The position numbers and the translations under genes were made by a program. Of a DNA stretch of 64,000 bases, positions 36,364 to 44,762 are shown piece after piece. Every line of letters starts with the position of its first letter. Positions within the stretch are counted from its first letter, which is position 1. The DNA comes from a virus. Location: positions 90,092 through 154,091 of the IMG/VR virus record IMGVR_UViG_3300032893_000005; one strand, 5' to 3'. Below the pieces are notes generated by a model, which was not told the DNA's origin, searched no databases, and was given only the letters and a program-made list of their open reading frames with translations.

Positions 36364-38262
36364 CTATGCTATCCCATCGTTTCCAGTTATGCCCATATTT
36401 TTTTGAATGGCATCTACCTTCTCAGCCAACTGCTCACCTAACTTAGGGTTGGCTGGCGTCTGATCAGGAAGTATGTCTGGATCTAAGTGAGTTGATCTCC
36501 CCTCAGCAGACGATGCGATCATCTTCTCATTCGCGTAGATCTCTTCGTCTGTGATGCTCGGTAAGTGATCACCTTTTAGCTTAGCCCGAGTATGAACGCC
36601 ATTCGTGATGAGGCTTCCGTCTTTGTTGATGCCGTGACTGAGGCCAAGGATGGTGATGAAGCTCTTCTTACCATCAGGCGTTACCTGGTACTGATGGTCA
36701 ACGCTCTCGATGTGGAACAGCTTGCCGTCCATCTCGAAGTTGTCGCCGATGGCGATCGGTGGTTGAACACCAGCAAGAACGACCGAACCGTTCTGCTTGT
36801 AGTGGCCGTTCAGCCAGAAGTCTGCGACCAGGTTCTTCCAGTTAACGACGTCCGTCAGGGCCGTGTGATCCTTGCTGACGTCGGCGGTGCTCATAGCGAA
36901 GTGACTTCGTAGTCCGTTGCGAGCAATGTCGAGCGCATCTACGTAGATGTTATTGTTGTTGTACTGGTTGGCACGATCCCCAACTGGACTATTCTGACGC
37001 TCAAGGTTTGCCGGTTTACATATGAAAAAGTTGAAGCGTGATGAGTCAGACATCCCAAGGTTGTAGGAGATCAAAGGATATGTCTTACTCAGCCTCCACC
37101 TAGGAACACTTATAAACGGTGTGTAAGCTGTGAAGTTGCCCCCGCCGTTAGCGTCTAGTAAGTTAGGGTTGTTACTGAAAACGATCTGTCGCAGAACCAA
37201 GGTCGGCATTATACGTCCATTTTTCACTGAAGTTCTGAGCGTGCAGTACATCTCATTCAACGTAGGGTTTGAGTGTGCCTCCAAGAGAGACCATATGGTC
37301 TTGTTGTTGTAGTTATCCGGTGGGATTATGTAAGTTCCAGGGGCAGGATCGTTCAAGACTACTTGATTCTGTGTACCGCCATCGTAGTTTACAGGAATAA
37401 ATTGCTTGTATCCTGGCTGATTGCCATATTTTTGAAGGCCAATCATCAAGTGGAGCATGTCTGAATACTTGTTTCCAGCGGCATCTTCTTGTCGAGTGGT
37501 CGGCAGGCCAAGAGTGGTAAGTATAGGCGCAGGTATCAGCATAGATGCGTTTGGTGATATAACTTGTCCTCCAACAGCCTTAAATTCTTGTCCTGGACCT
37601 TTTCCCATGAACACGTTGATGAACAGCTTGATGATCTCTGATATGTTATTTGTTTCTTTCGCTTTATCGTTAGGGAAGATCGTCGTCCACATACTGTTCA
37701 TCTGATGCAACAGCCTCTGTAGATCTCCAGGTGTACCGTTGCCAGACACGCTAGAAAGCAGTGGATTCTGGAACACATATGTTCCGAACTCAGAGAATGA
37801 CTTCATGCTGACTGCGAACCGGAACTGCTTCTTGCCGTCCGCGTTCGTGTTGAGTGTCTCGCGTATGGAGTTGATGCGACCGACGAACTTGAGGCCAGAG
37901 TTGAAGTCGTTGGCCGTGGAGTTGGACAGTGCGGCGGCGGAGATCCGCTTGAAGTCTGACACGTTGTTCATCATCCACATCATGCAATGATCGCCAGGAG
38001 CTATGATGGCGCTGTAGTTCAGGTCGCCAGACGAGAGCATGACTTCGGCTGTAGACATAAAGTTTTCTTTAGATGATGATACCTTAGCAGTCAATACGTC
38101 TGAGACTATGACGATAGGGTTAGAGACTTTAAGCGCAGGGGAGTAGTTGCCCGTATAGGCGAACTGCGTAGTATCGCGATTTACGAACGACCACACCGCC
38201 AGTACAACTGCTGCCACTGACTGATGTGAGTCCTCCTGATTCTGCGCTAAGACATAAGACAT
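36364..38262 (-). CDS. baseplate hub protein (gp27-like)
   Basis: position between TMP and spike; FVGRI.S.R; C-terminal G...I.IGD...FHIESV.H...F.T.L.L.HG. Confidence 0.7.
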   Translation of the reverse strand: MSYVLAQNQEDSHQSVAAVVLAVWSFVNRDTTQFAYTGNYSPALKVSNPIVIVSDVLTAKVSSSKENFMSTAEVMLSSGDLNYSAIIAPGDHCMMWMMNNVSDFKRISAAALSNSTANDFNSGLKFVGRINSIRETLNTNADGKKQFRFAVSMKSFSEFGTYVFQNPLLSSVSGNGTPGDLQRLLHQMNSMWTTIFPNDKAKETNNISEIIKLFINVFMGKGPGQEFKAVGGQVISPNASMLIPAPILTTLGLPTTRQEDAAGNKYSDMLHLMIGLQKYGNQPGYKQFIPVNYDGGTQNQVVLNDPAPGTYIIPPDNYNNKTIWSLLEAHSNPTLNEMYCTLRTSVKNGRIMPTLVLRQIVFSNNPNLLDANGGGNFTAYTPFISVPRWRLSKTYPLISYNLGMSDSSRFNFFICKPANLERQNSPVGDRANQYNNNNIYVDALDIARNGLRSHFAMSTADVSKDHTALTDVVNWKNLVADFWLNGHYKQNGSVVLAGVQPPIAIGDNFEMDGKLFHIESVDHQYQVTPDGKKSFITILGLSHGINKDGSLITNGVHTRAKLKGDHLPSITDEEIYANEKMIASSAEGRSTHLDPDILPDQTPANPKLGEQLAEKVDAIQKNMGITGNDGIA

Positions 38263-40583
38263 TATGGCCCTTTCTTATTATTACTTGGTGTGGCAGTAGA
38301 GTAAGAGCTGTTCCCGTTGATGCGTGCTGCGGCATTCTCAAGAGCCGACGCTAGTGAGTCGGCTGCAGTCACTATATCGCCTACAGACTTGTTGAGCTGC
38401 TGAGTTCCAACTTCCTCGAACGTCTTGACGACGGTATCTTTGTACGTGCTGATGATCGAGTCGATGTTGGTCGCGATCTTGTCCTGCACATCCTTGTCCA
38501 TCTGCGCGATGCCCTTGAAGCGCTCGGTCTCAGCCTTACCCTCGGCGGTAGCTTGGGTTTTATTGTATATATCAACTTCCTGACCTTGACCTTCTTTAAG
38601 AATGTCCAAAGAACTCTTGCCAGCTAAAGCCTTAGCTCCAGCAGTACCGCCGTATAAATTACCAGAGATTATATCTACCATCTTCGCGCCGACGTCCTGT
38701 CCTGTTCCTTCTATGTCGGCAGCGTAGATAGCAGCTTGCGCTTTTTGTTGTGCCGTAGCACCTGGTTTGAACCCAGCAGAGACGTCTCTTCCCTCGCTAT
38801 ACCTTGTTAACCTAGATTCTAAGTTTTTAGCATACCACTGAGTCACTTCTTTATCAGATAGCCCAGTAGCTGTGCGCAACATGGCCGTACCTCCAGACAG
38901 CCCTTCCATTGCTCCCATCTGCTGCATCTGACTAGCCATCGATATGGCTCTAGGGCCTTCTATGCCTTTACTCTTAAGCAGTTCCAGCGCAGAGTTGAAC
39001 TTTAACTGCTGATCGAGAGTTGAGCCGCCTTTACCTCCGGCAAGAGCACCGACTCCTTGCATACCGCCTGGTAAGTTCTGCATCTCGCGGACGTCTTGCG
39101 TGTTCATGCTCTTGGCGACTACGTCGGCTACGCGACCGGCATCCATGCGAGTACCGGCTCCAGCTATCAGACCGCCGACGAGTTCCTTGAATCCGTCGAG
39201 CATGCCTGAGTCCTTGATGCCTGATGCCACACCGACGCTGAAGACTTCGCGCAAGTTGTCTGAGGCCTTCTTCTCTCCGCCGATGGCGTTTAAGGCCATG
39301 GCAGAGATCTGTCCGGTCGCGGCACCAAGGGAAGTTCCCTGCATGCGAGCTGCGGTCATCGCACCACCGGCCAAGTTCATCGCGTTCCTGTTACCGAAGC
39401 GTCGAAGACTCTGAGCAGCCTGAACTGCCTCGCCTTCTTCAAACTGGTTACCGTAGGCTCCCATGCGAAAGCCGTACATCTCACCGCTGTTCATCTGGAA
39501 CTGGTTTGCGAGTTCCATACGAGATCGCTGGGTGGACCTAAACTGGGCGAGGAGTTCTGGAGTCATGGTCTCGTTGAGCTTCTCTTGCTCAACCTGTGCA
39601 CGGACCTGCGCCTTCTCGATGTCGCGGCCCTGCAGGGCATACTTACCCTTCTGGTAGAGGCCGTAGGCACCGTGTCCCATGAGGCCAAGGCCAGTCGCGC
39701 CTGTCGCAAGTGTTACGGGAGAAGCTGTACCAAACGACGCTACGGTAGCAGCTACTGATGCTGCAGTGAGTCCAAATCCACCAACTATCTCAGCCACGTT
39801 ACCTACGCCGTAGGCGCTCTGCTGGACGTCGCGGGCACGCATTCGGTTCCGAGTCTCTTCTTCAACTTTCTTGTAGTAACCTTCTTGGCCTAGGGCGCCC
39901 CTGGTCAAGTTACCTTGGTAGCGAGCTTCTGCCGTATCCTTTAAGCGGGACGAGTAAGCTGACCTGATCTGTCCACGGTTTTCCAAGTACTCCCGAGCTT
40001 CGCCTGCTGCCCAGCCCACACCGCCTGCTACGGCACCGTACAGGTTCATGTTCCATGGCCCCCTGGCGTTCTGGATCATCATGCTGAGGGCAGACGGCGG
40101 ACCAGAATACGGCTGGGTAGGAGTGTAGCCTCGTGGGAGGTTCGGGATGCCTCCGTCGCCAGGAGCTGCTGGGACTGTGGGTCCACCCTCAGAGATCCTG
40201 TTCAAGAGAGCGTTAGCGGCCTTGATGCGATTAAGCTGGGCGTTTACTCGATCCTCTGGAGCATTGACGTTCTTAAGGCGCTCAAGCTCATCAGCCTGGT
40301 TCGCGATCAGCTTAGTGACGCGGTCGATCTTGCGGGCGAACTGCTCGACGTGGCGAGTGTTGAGTTCCTCAAGGATCTTCTTGACCTTGCCGAACTCAGC
40401 CGAGGTCTGCATGCCAGCCTTAGAGAAGCTCTGATTGATCTTCTGAAGGTTCTCGAGGGTCTTGTTGACGTCCTGCGGGCGTAGTCCACCGGCGCGAGTC
40501 ATCGCCTGTATCTGGCGCTGAACCTCAGATCCGCCTTCGGTCTTGAACTTGAGGACTATCTGCTTGACGATGTCGGACATCAT
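38262..40583 (-). CDS. tape measure protein
   Basis: helical A/G/Q/M-rich 773 aa with hydrophobic segment; follows two chaperone-like genes. Confidence 0.75.
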   Translation of the reverse strand: MMSDIVKQIVLKFKTEGGSEVQRQIQAMTRAGGLRPQDVNKTLENLQKINQSFSKAGMQTSAEFGKVKKILEELNTRHVEQFARKIDRVTKLIANQADELERLKNVNAPEDRVNAQLNRIKAANALLNRISEGGPTVPAAPGDGGIPNLPRGYTPTQPYSGPPSALSMMIQNARGPWNMNLYGAVAGGVGWAAGEAREYLENRGQIRSAYSSRLKDTAEARYQGNLTRGALGQEGYYKKVEEETRNRMRARDVQQSAYGVGNVAEIVGGFGLTAASVAATVASFGTASPVTLATGATGLGLMGHGAYGLYQKGKYALQGRDIEKAQVRAQVEQEKLNETMTPELLAQFRSTQRSRMELANQFQMNSGEMYGFRMGAYGNQFEEGEAVQAAQSLRRFGNRNAMNLAGGAMTAARMQGTSLGAATGQISAMALNAIGGEKKASDNLREVFSVGVASGIKDSGMLDGFKELVGGLIAGAGTRMDAGRVADVVAKSMNTQDVREMQNLPGGMQGVGALAGGKGGSTLDQQLKFNSALELLKSKGIEGPRAISMASQMQQMGAMEGLSGGTAMLRTATGLSDKEVTQWYAKNLESRLTRYSEGRDVSAGFKPGATAQQKAQAAIYAADIEGTGQDVGAKMVDIISGNLYGGTAGAKALAGKSSLDILKEGQGQEVDIYNKTQATAEGKAETERFKGIAQMDKDVQDKIATNIDSIISTYKDTVVKTFEEVGTQQLNKSVGDIVTAADSLASALENAAARINGNSSYSTATPSNNKKGP

Positions 40584-41104
40584 GACTTGTTACTCTCCGG
40601 GGAAAACGTAAGTGGCTTGTCCAGCTCGGCCTCGATGTCGCGCCCGACCTGCTGTTGCATGGACTTAAGCGCGTCGGCCAGGGAAGATGCAGCCTTGCCG
40701 ATCTTCTCGGATACCTGCTTCATGTCCTTGCCTGCCTTGGCCTTGTTCTTCTCTTCCTGCTCTCTGACGATCTGGTCCTGCATCGCGATCCACTCGTCGT
40801 CGGACATGCCGCCGTCGTCCGAGCCATCGCCGCTGGGGTCTCCGACGTAGAACTTGTCTTTGAGGTCAAGGAGCTTGGTCTTGATCTCTTCGAGGTCTTC
40901 GATGGGAAGCTCATCCATCTCGTTTTCCATCATAATCTGGATAGCTTCAAACGGTGTCAGTAGCTGCCTAGTGGTGTGCAGTGGAGTATGATAGGTCTGA
41001 GAATAATGCCTATATGCCTTTTCAGCATACCAAGCAAGACCTTTGGATAAACAGTTATCAACGGCCATTATCCTGATGTTGGTTATGACGTTTCTTGACA
41101 TCAC
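40580..41104 (-). CDS. tail assembly chaperone (gpGT-like position)
   Basis: acidic; RHYSQTYHTP motif; immediately upstream of TMP. Confidence 0.55.
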   Translation of the reverse strand: MMSRNVITNIRIMAVDNCLSKGLAWYAEKAYRHYSQTYHTPLHTTRQLLTPFEAIQIMMENEMDELPIEDLEEIKTKLLDLKDKFYVGDPSGDGSDDGGMSDDEWIAMQDQIVREQEEKNKAKAGKDMKQVSEKIGKAASSLADALKSMQQQVGRDIEAELDKPLTFSPESNKS

Positions 41105-41466
41105 TTCTCAGCTATCTTGTTCACTTCTTCAAGCCAAGCCTTCTGCTCGGCGTTGGTCTTCACTAGGAGGTCGTACAAGGGATCAGAGTCGATCAAGTCG
41201 CGGCCTTCGCGACTGCCTCCCCACCAGGGAGCAGTGCAGGATACGACGCGGACTCGAAGCTCGGCGATGGTCGCGTGCCTGAACTTCAGGTCGTCCTTGA
41301 CACCGTTGTCGTCCGGCAGCTCTTCCTTGTAGTTGCGCTCAACCTCGGCTTCTTCCGAGTTAGTGAGCACTACCTTGACCTTGAATGTTCCTATGTACCG
41401 CGAACCGGTCTTGTCGCCCTTACAGTCGATCTGAACCGTTCTGACGCGGTCTGGCAAAGTTTTCAT
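41101..41466 (-). CDS. tail assembly chaperone (gpG-like position)
   Basis: G..TG..Y.GTF.VK...L.VRV...P.WW motif; first gene of the TMP unit. Confidence 0.6.
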   Translation of the reverse strand: MKTLPDRVRTVQIDCKGDKTGSRYIGTFKVKVVLTNSEEAEVERNYKEELPDDNGVKDDLKFRHATIAELRVRVVSCTAPWWGGSREGRDLIDSDPLYDLLVKTNAEQKAWLEEVNKIAEK

Positions 41467-41519
41467 GACTTACCTTTCAGAGGGTCTCCAGAGACGGAGC
41501 GAGGAGGGAGCCTTCTCAC

Positions 41520-41552
41520 ATTAAGATCTGGAGTTAAGTTATTGTTATTGTT
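41520..41552 (-). promoter_or_regulatory. late promoter element copy 4
   Basis: AACAATAACA-ataac-TTA-actcc-AGATCTTAAT, 54 bp before ATG 41466. Confidence 0.75.
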
Positions 41553-41598
41553 AAAGAAGATACCCATTGCGACTAGGCTAAAACTAGGGCAAAATTAA

Positions 41599-41886
41599 GT
41601 GATGATGTTAGAAGCGTTCGTTCTAAGCATGTGCGTGGGCCAGTGGAACTGCCAGAAGGCGACCGAGGCCTACTACGCGGGCAACAAGGAGCTTCAGGCT
41701 GCTGTCATACGATACGAGAAGTACGGCGAGAAGGCTGTCGGCGAGGAAGGGAAGGTCGCGGCGATGATCATCGGCCCGGCGGTAACCCTCGCGACCCACA
41801 AGACTGCCAGCGTGAAGCTGAGTAGTCTGTTATCGATCGAAGCCAGTACGACCACCCAGAAGCTCGTCTTCAAGTGGACTTTCTAA
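41599..41886 (+). CDS. isolated plus-strand secreted/membrane protein
   Basis: hydrophobic N-terminus with Cys pair; C-terminal LVFKWTF; TTGCGA-17-CAAAAT just upstream. Confidence 0.6.
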   Translation: MMMLEAFVLSMCVGQWNCQKATEAYYAGNKELQAAVIRYEKYGEKAVGEEGKVAAMIIGPAVTLATHKTASVKLSSLLSIEASTTTQKLVFKWTF

Positions 41887-42109
41887 GCTTCCTCGTCCTG
41901 CGAAGGTAGGCCAGGTACTCTCGAGTATGCGACCTGTTGATCAAGTCTCCCTCGTGCGTGTGGTTCTTGTCGATCCACTGAGTGTTCACCTTGGACACCC
42001 GCTCAGCCCTAGCCGATACTCCAAACGACCAGTTGTTCAGGGAGGTCTCCTCCAAGATTCGCTGGGCGTTGTCATCGTATATCATGCGTCTGCGGGGTCC
42101 GGTTATCAC
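41870..42109 (-). CDS. hypothetical protein
   Basis: GTG directly after the upstream TAA, AGGA RBS. Confidence 0.45.
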   Translation of the reverse strand: MITGPRRRMIYDDNAQRILEETSLNNWSFGVSARAERVSKVNTQWIDKNHTHEGDLINRSHTREYLAYLRRTRKLRKST

Positions 42110-42463
42110 TTACTGTCCTGACTTATCGCCTTCGATAGTTATGTTACCCTTAGCATCGCCCTGCATCTTGCGACCGAGGTACGCGCCGAGGCTCATGCCT
42201 AGGAACTCAAGGCTGCACATGAACGCATCGTGCATCTCCTGAGCGGTCTCCGTGTTGAGCACGAAGTCGGACTTTATCTTAGCGATGCAAGTCCCGAGCA
42301 TGAGGAGAACAGAGATAGCGCACAGGCCGCTGGACACGATGACGAGCGTGGTGGTAACAGATCCTACCTTAGTCTTTGGATCTTTGACCATGGGAAGCGG
42401 GATGCCGCTGCTGTTCATCTTGTTAACGAAGTCTAGCCACTTCCGAGTTACGTTTGCCATCAT
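42110..42463 (-). CDS. two-TM membrane protein, possible holin
   Basis: DPKT..GSVT.TL followed by two hydrophobic helices and a basic C-terminus. Confidence 0.5.
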   Translation of the reverse strand: MMANVTRKWLDFVNKMNSSGIPLPMVKDPKTKVGSVTTTLVIVSSGLCAISVLLMLGTCIAKIKSDFVLNTETAQEMHDAFMCSLEFLGMSLGAYLGRKMQGDAKGNITIEGDKSGQ

Positions 42464-42464
42464 G

Positions 42465-42989
42465 TTACACCGCCATCAGGTTCGGGTTAAGGACGCACGG
42501 AAGTCCGAGCGATCCGAGGATAGAGTCTAGTTCAGTCGGGTCGATGTTGTCCGCGTCGTCTGGGATCTTGAGGCCCAGGAAGCCGCACACCCTTGCTGCG
42601 TTCTCAGAGCAGAAGGCGGCGCTCATCCCCTTGGCGAACGGGTTGTTCTTCACCCACTTGCACACCTTCATGATCAGGATGCCGAGGTCTTCCATCAGGC
42701 TGTACGGTATACCGAGGCTCGGGAGTATGTACTGACTCCACAAGGCGTTGGACTGATCCTGAGTCACGTCGATCTCGTACTCCTTCAAGGATTGGTTTGC
42801 GGCTACCCAGTTAAGGATGCTGTACATGTTCACCATCTCCTTCGATGCCTGGAAGATCATCCACTGACCGCTCGGCTCCTGGAAGCGAACGTAGCAGTGA
42901 TCGTAGGGACGCGCTTCAACCTTCTTGATGAGCCACGCGAACGGCTCGAACTTTCCTGTAGGGCAGGAGAACCCAATGTATATCTTCAT
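42465..42989 (-). CDS. permuted papain-like amidase (YiiX/YaeF, permuted NlpC/P60)
   Basis: I.IGFS...YDHCY...FQAS...LG.PYS...FCSE (His before Cys). Confidence 0.75.
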   Translation of the reverse strand: MKIYIGFSCPTGKFEPFAWLIKKVEARPYDHCYVRFQEPSGQWMIFQASKEMVNMYSILNWVAANQSLKEYEIDVTQDQSNALWSQYILPSLGIPYSLMEDLGILIMKVCKWVKNNPFAKGMSAAFCSENAARVCGFLGLKIPDDADNIDPTELDSILGSLGLPCVLNPNLMAV

Positions 42990-43309
42990 AAGCTTGATAT
43001 AGCCTGAACGAGCTGATTCTTCATCCAAGCTATCCTATCTTCAGTAATGAAAGGTTCCATTTCTTTGGTCACGGTGATCTGACTGAGAGCGTTGTAAGCC
43101 TCCCAGAGGGAGCCACTGTTCCCGTACATCATGACCGGGAACAAGGTGTCGGCAATCAGCTTAGTTTTACCTGACTGCGTGATGCCAAGCGCGATGTTTT
43201 CTGCACCAACCGTGACAACTATGTTATGCCAAGCATTCAGTGCGTTGTTCATGACCTGAACGCAGCGTCCGTAAGTTGGGTCTGGGATGTTGAAGAACGG
43301 CGATGGCAT
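42986..43309 (-). CDS. hypothetical virion-associated protein
   Basis: ENI.LGITQ.GK...GSL.EA; follows the Gly-rich fibres. Confidence 0.65.
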   Translation of the reverse strand: MPSPFFNIPDPTYGRCVQVMNNALNAWHNIVVTVGAENIALGITQSGKTKLIADTLFPVMMYGNSGSLWEAYNALSQITVTKEMEPFITEDRIAWMKNQLVQAISSL

Positions 43310-43312
43310 GAC

Positions 43313-43531
43313 TTAGCTCTCCGTCATCACTGCTATGATGGTGTTTTCTACTGCCGGAGTAATCACGATGGGGTTATCCTGATCGTCTACTCCCATCACT
43401 GCAGGAAACGGGCCGTCGAACTGACACGAGCATGATGCCATGTACATGTTCAAGTCGTCCTGAGTTACTACGTCTTTTTCAGCAACTGCTAGGATTCTGC
43501 CGCATTTTTGACAACTGACTGTTATTTTCAT
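43313..43531 (-). CDS. small Cys-motif protein (CQKC...CSC)
   Basis: AAGGA RBS, operon context. Confidence 0.6.
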   Translation of the reverse strand: MKITVSCQKCGRILAVAEKDVVTQDDLNMYMASCSCQFDGPFPAVMGVDDQDNPIVITPAVENTIIAVMTES

Positions 43532-43540
43532 ACATGTTCC

Positions 43541-44761
43541 TTAGAAGTCTAGTGACTTTGGAGTTCCGTTACCACCTAGGGCACCAACGATGCTTACGCC
43601 AAACGAAGAGTCTCCGACTGTGTCCGGCATGAGGATCGTGTCTTGGTTAGGCAAGGAGTATATGCCGGTACCGCTAGGTACGTTGTAGACTGTGATGCGT
43701 CCACTTCCACCACCGTTACCACCAGATCCACCATTTGTTGAAGCTCCGTACCCGTTGCCGCCGTTGCCGCCGTTACCACCGCTGGCCTGGATTAAATTTT
43801 TAACAGTAGGGCCAAAGCGATAGTTGTAGGCTATGTAGATCCACCCACCACCGCCGCCTCCTCCGCCTCCACCACCACCAGTAATACCGGCTGTAGCGCT
43901 TGCACCGTTACCGCCGTTGCCGCCGTTGGCCTGGATAGCTCCAGCAGCAGTAGAAGAACTGGTAACTATGGCGTTTACGTAGAGTGCCACGACTCCAGCG
44001 CCGTTTCCACCGGCACCACCGCCAGCACCGTTGTTGGTGCCGTCTCCAGAACCAGAAGACGAGCCTGAGCCGCCGACTCCACCCTGCGGCAAGAGCAGTC
44101 CTGCACTTAGCAAGGTATCGAACCGGCGCATCGCTGTCTTAAATACTGCTGAACGCGCAGCAGAACCGGCGGCAGGGTTACCGCTAGACCCAGTTCCACC
44201 TCTTCCACCGGCACTTCCTTCACCGCCCATGTTGTTAATCGGAACAGGCGCTACGCCGCCAGCAACTCCTAGACCAGTTCCACCTGCTCCACCAGAAGAT
44301 CCTAAGCACTGATCTCCTAAGGTTATGCCAGTATTTGCCGTAGGGCTACCGCCAGTAGCTCCAGAAGCATCTCCGCCGTTTGTACCGTTCCAGTTGATTG
44401 CTCCAGCCGGAGCTGCAGTTAGGTCAAGTATACCCTTAACGAACACCTTACAGCCGTTCGTGTTTAGGCTACCTGTTCCGTTGATCGTCAAGTTGTTGTA
44501 GTACATGTCCCTGGTCAGTAGAGTTACGCCTGAGGATATGGTTACGTTACCGTCAGAACCGTCACCAAAGCTGCGAAGTGGCAGTGTTTGTGTCGGACCG
44601 GTAGAGCCTTTGTACGAGAGAGAAGTCCACGTAGAAGTTCCATCGCCGATCTTAAATTGGCCAGTATCAGTCTCTACGCCTTTTTCACCCTGGGCTAAAA
44701 CTGGATTAGCCGAAGTCCACGCTGCGGCAGTTCCGTTTCGCCATTGAATTTTTATTGCCAT
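43541..44761 (-). CDS. glycine-rich tail fibre/adhesin with Mtd N-terminal-like domain
   Basis: IQWRNGTAA.W...NP.LA.GE.G.ETDTG..KIGDG...W..L.Y; polyglycine runs. Confidence 0.75.
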   Translation of the reverse strand: MAIKIQWRNGTAAAWTSANPVLAQGEKGVETDTGQFKIGDGTSTWTSLSYKGSTGPTQTLPLRSFGDGSDGNVTISSGVTLLTRDMYYNNLTINGTGSLNTNGCKVFVKGILDLTAAPAGAINWNGTNGGDASGATGGSPTANTGITLGDQCLGSSGGAGGTGLGVAGGVAPVPINNMGGEGSAGGRGGTGSSGNPAAGSAARSAVFKTAMRRFDTLLSAGLLLPQGGVGGSGSSSGSGDGTNNGAGGGAGGNGAGVVALYVNAIVTSSSTAAGAIQANGGNGGNGASATAGITGGGGGGGGGGGGWIYIAYNYRFGPTVKNLIQASGGNGGNGGNGYGASTNGGSGGNGGGSGRITVYNVPSGTGIYSLPNQDTILMPDTVGDSSFGVSIVGALGGNGTPKSLDF

Positions 44762-44762
44762 C

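Noticed and set aside
41050-41200. Programmed -1 frameshift between the tail chaperones
   Set aside because: No XXXYYYZ slippery heptamer near the first gene's end; the genes are joined by a normal GTGA/TGATG overlap.
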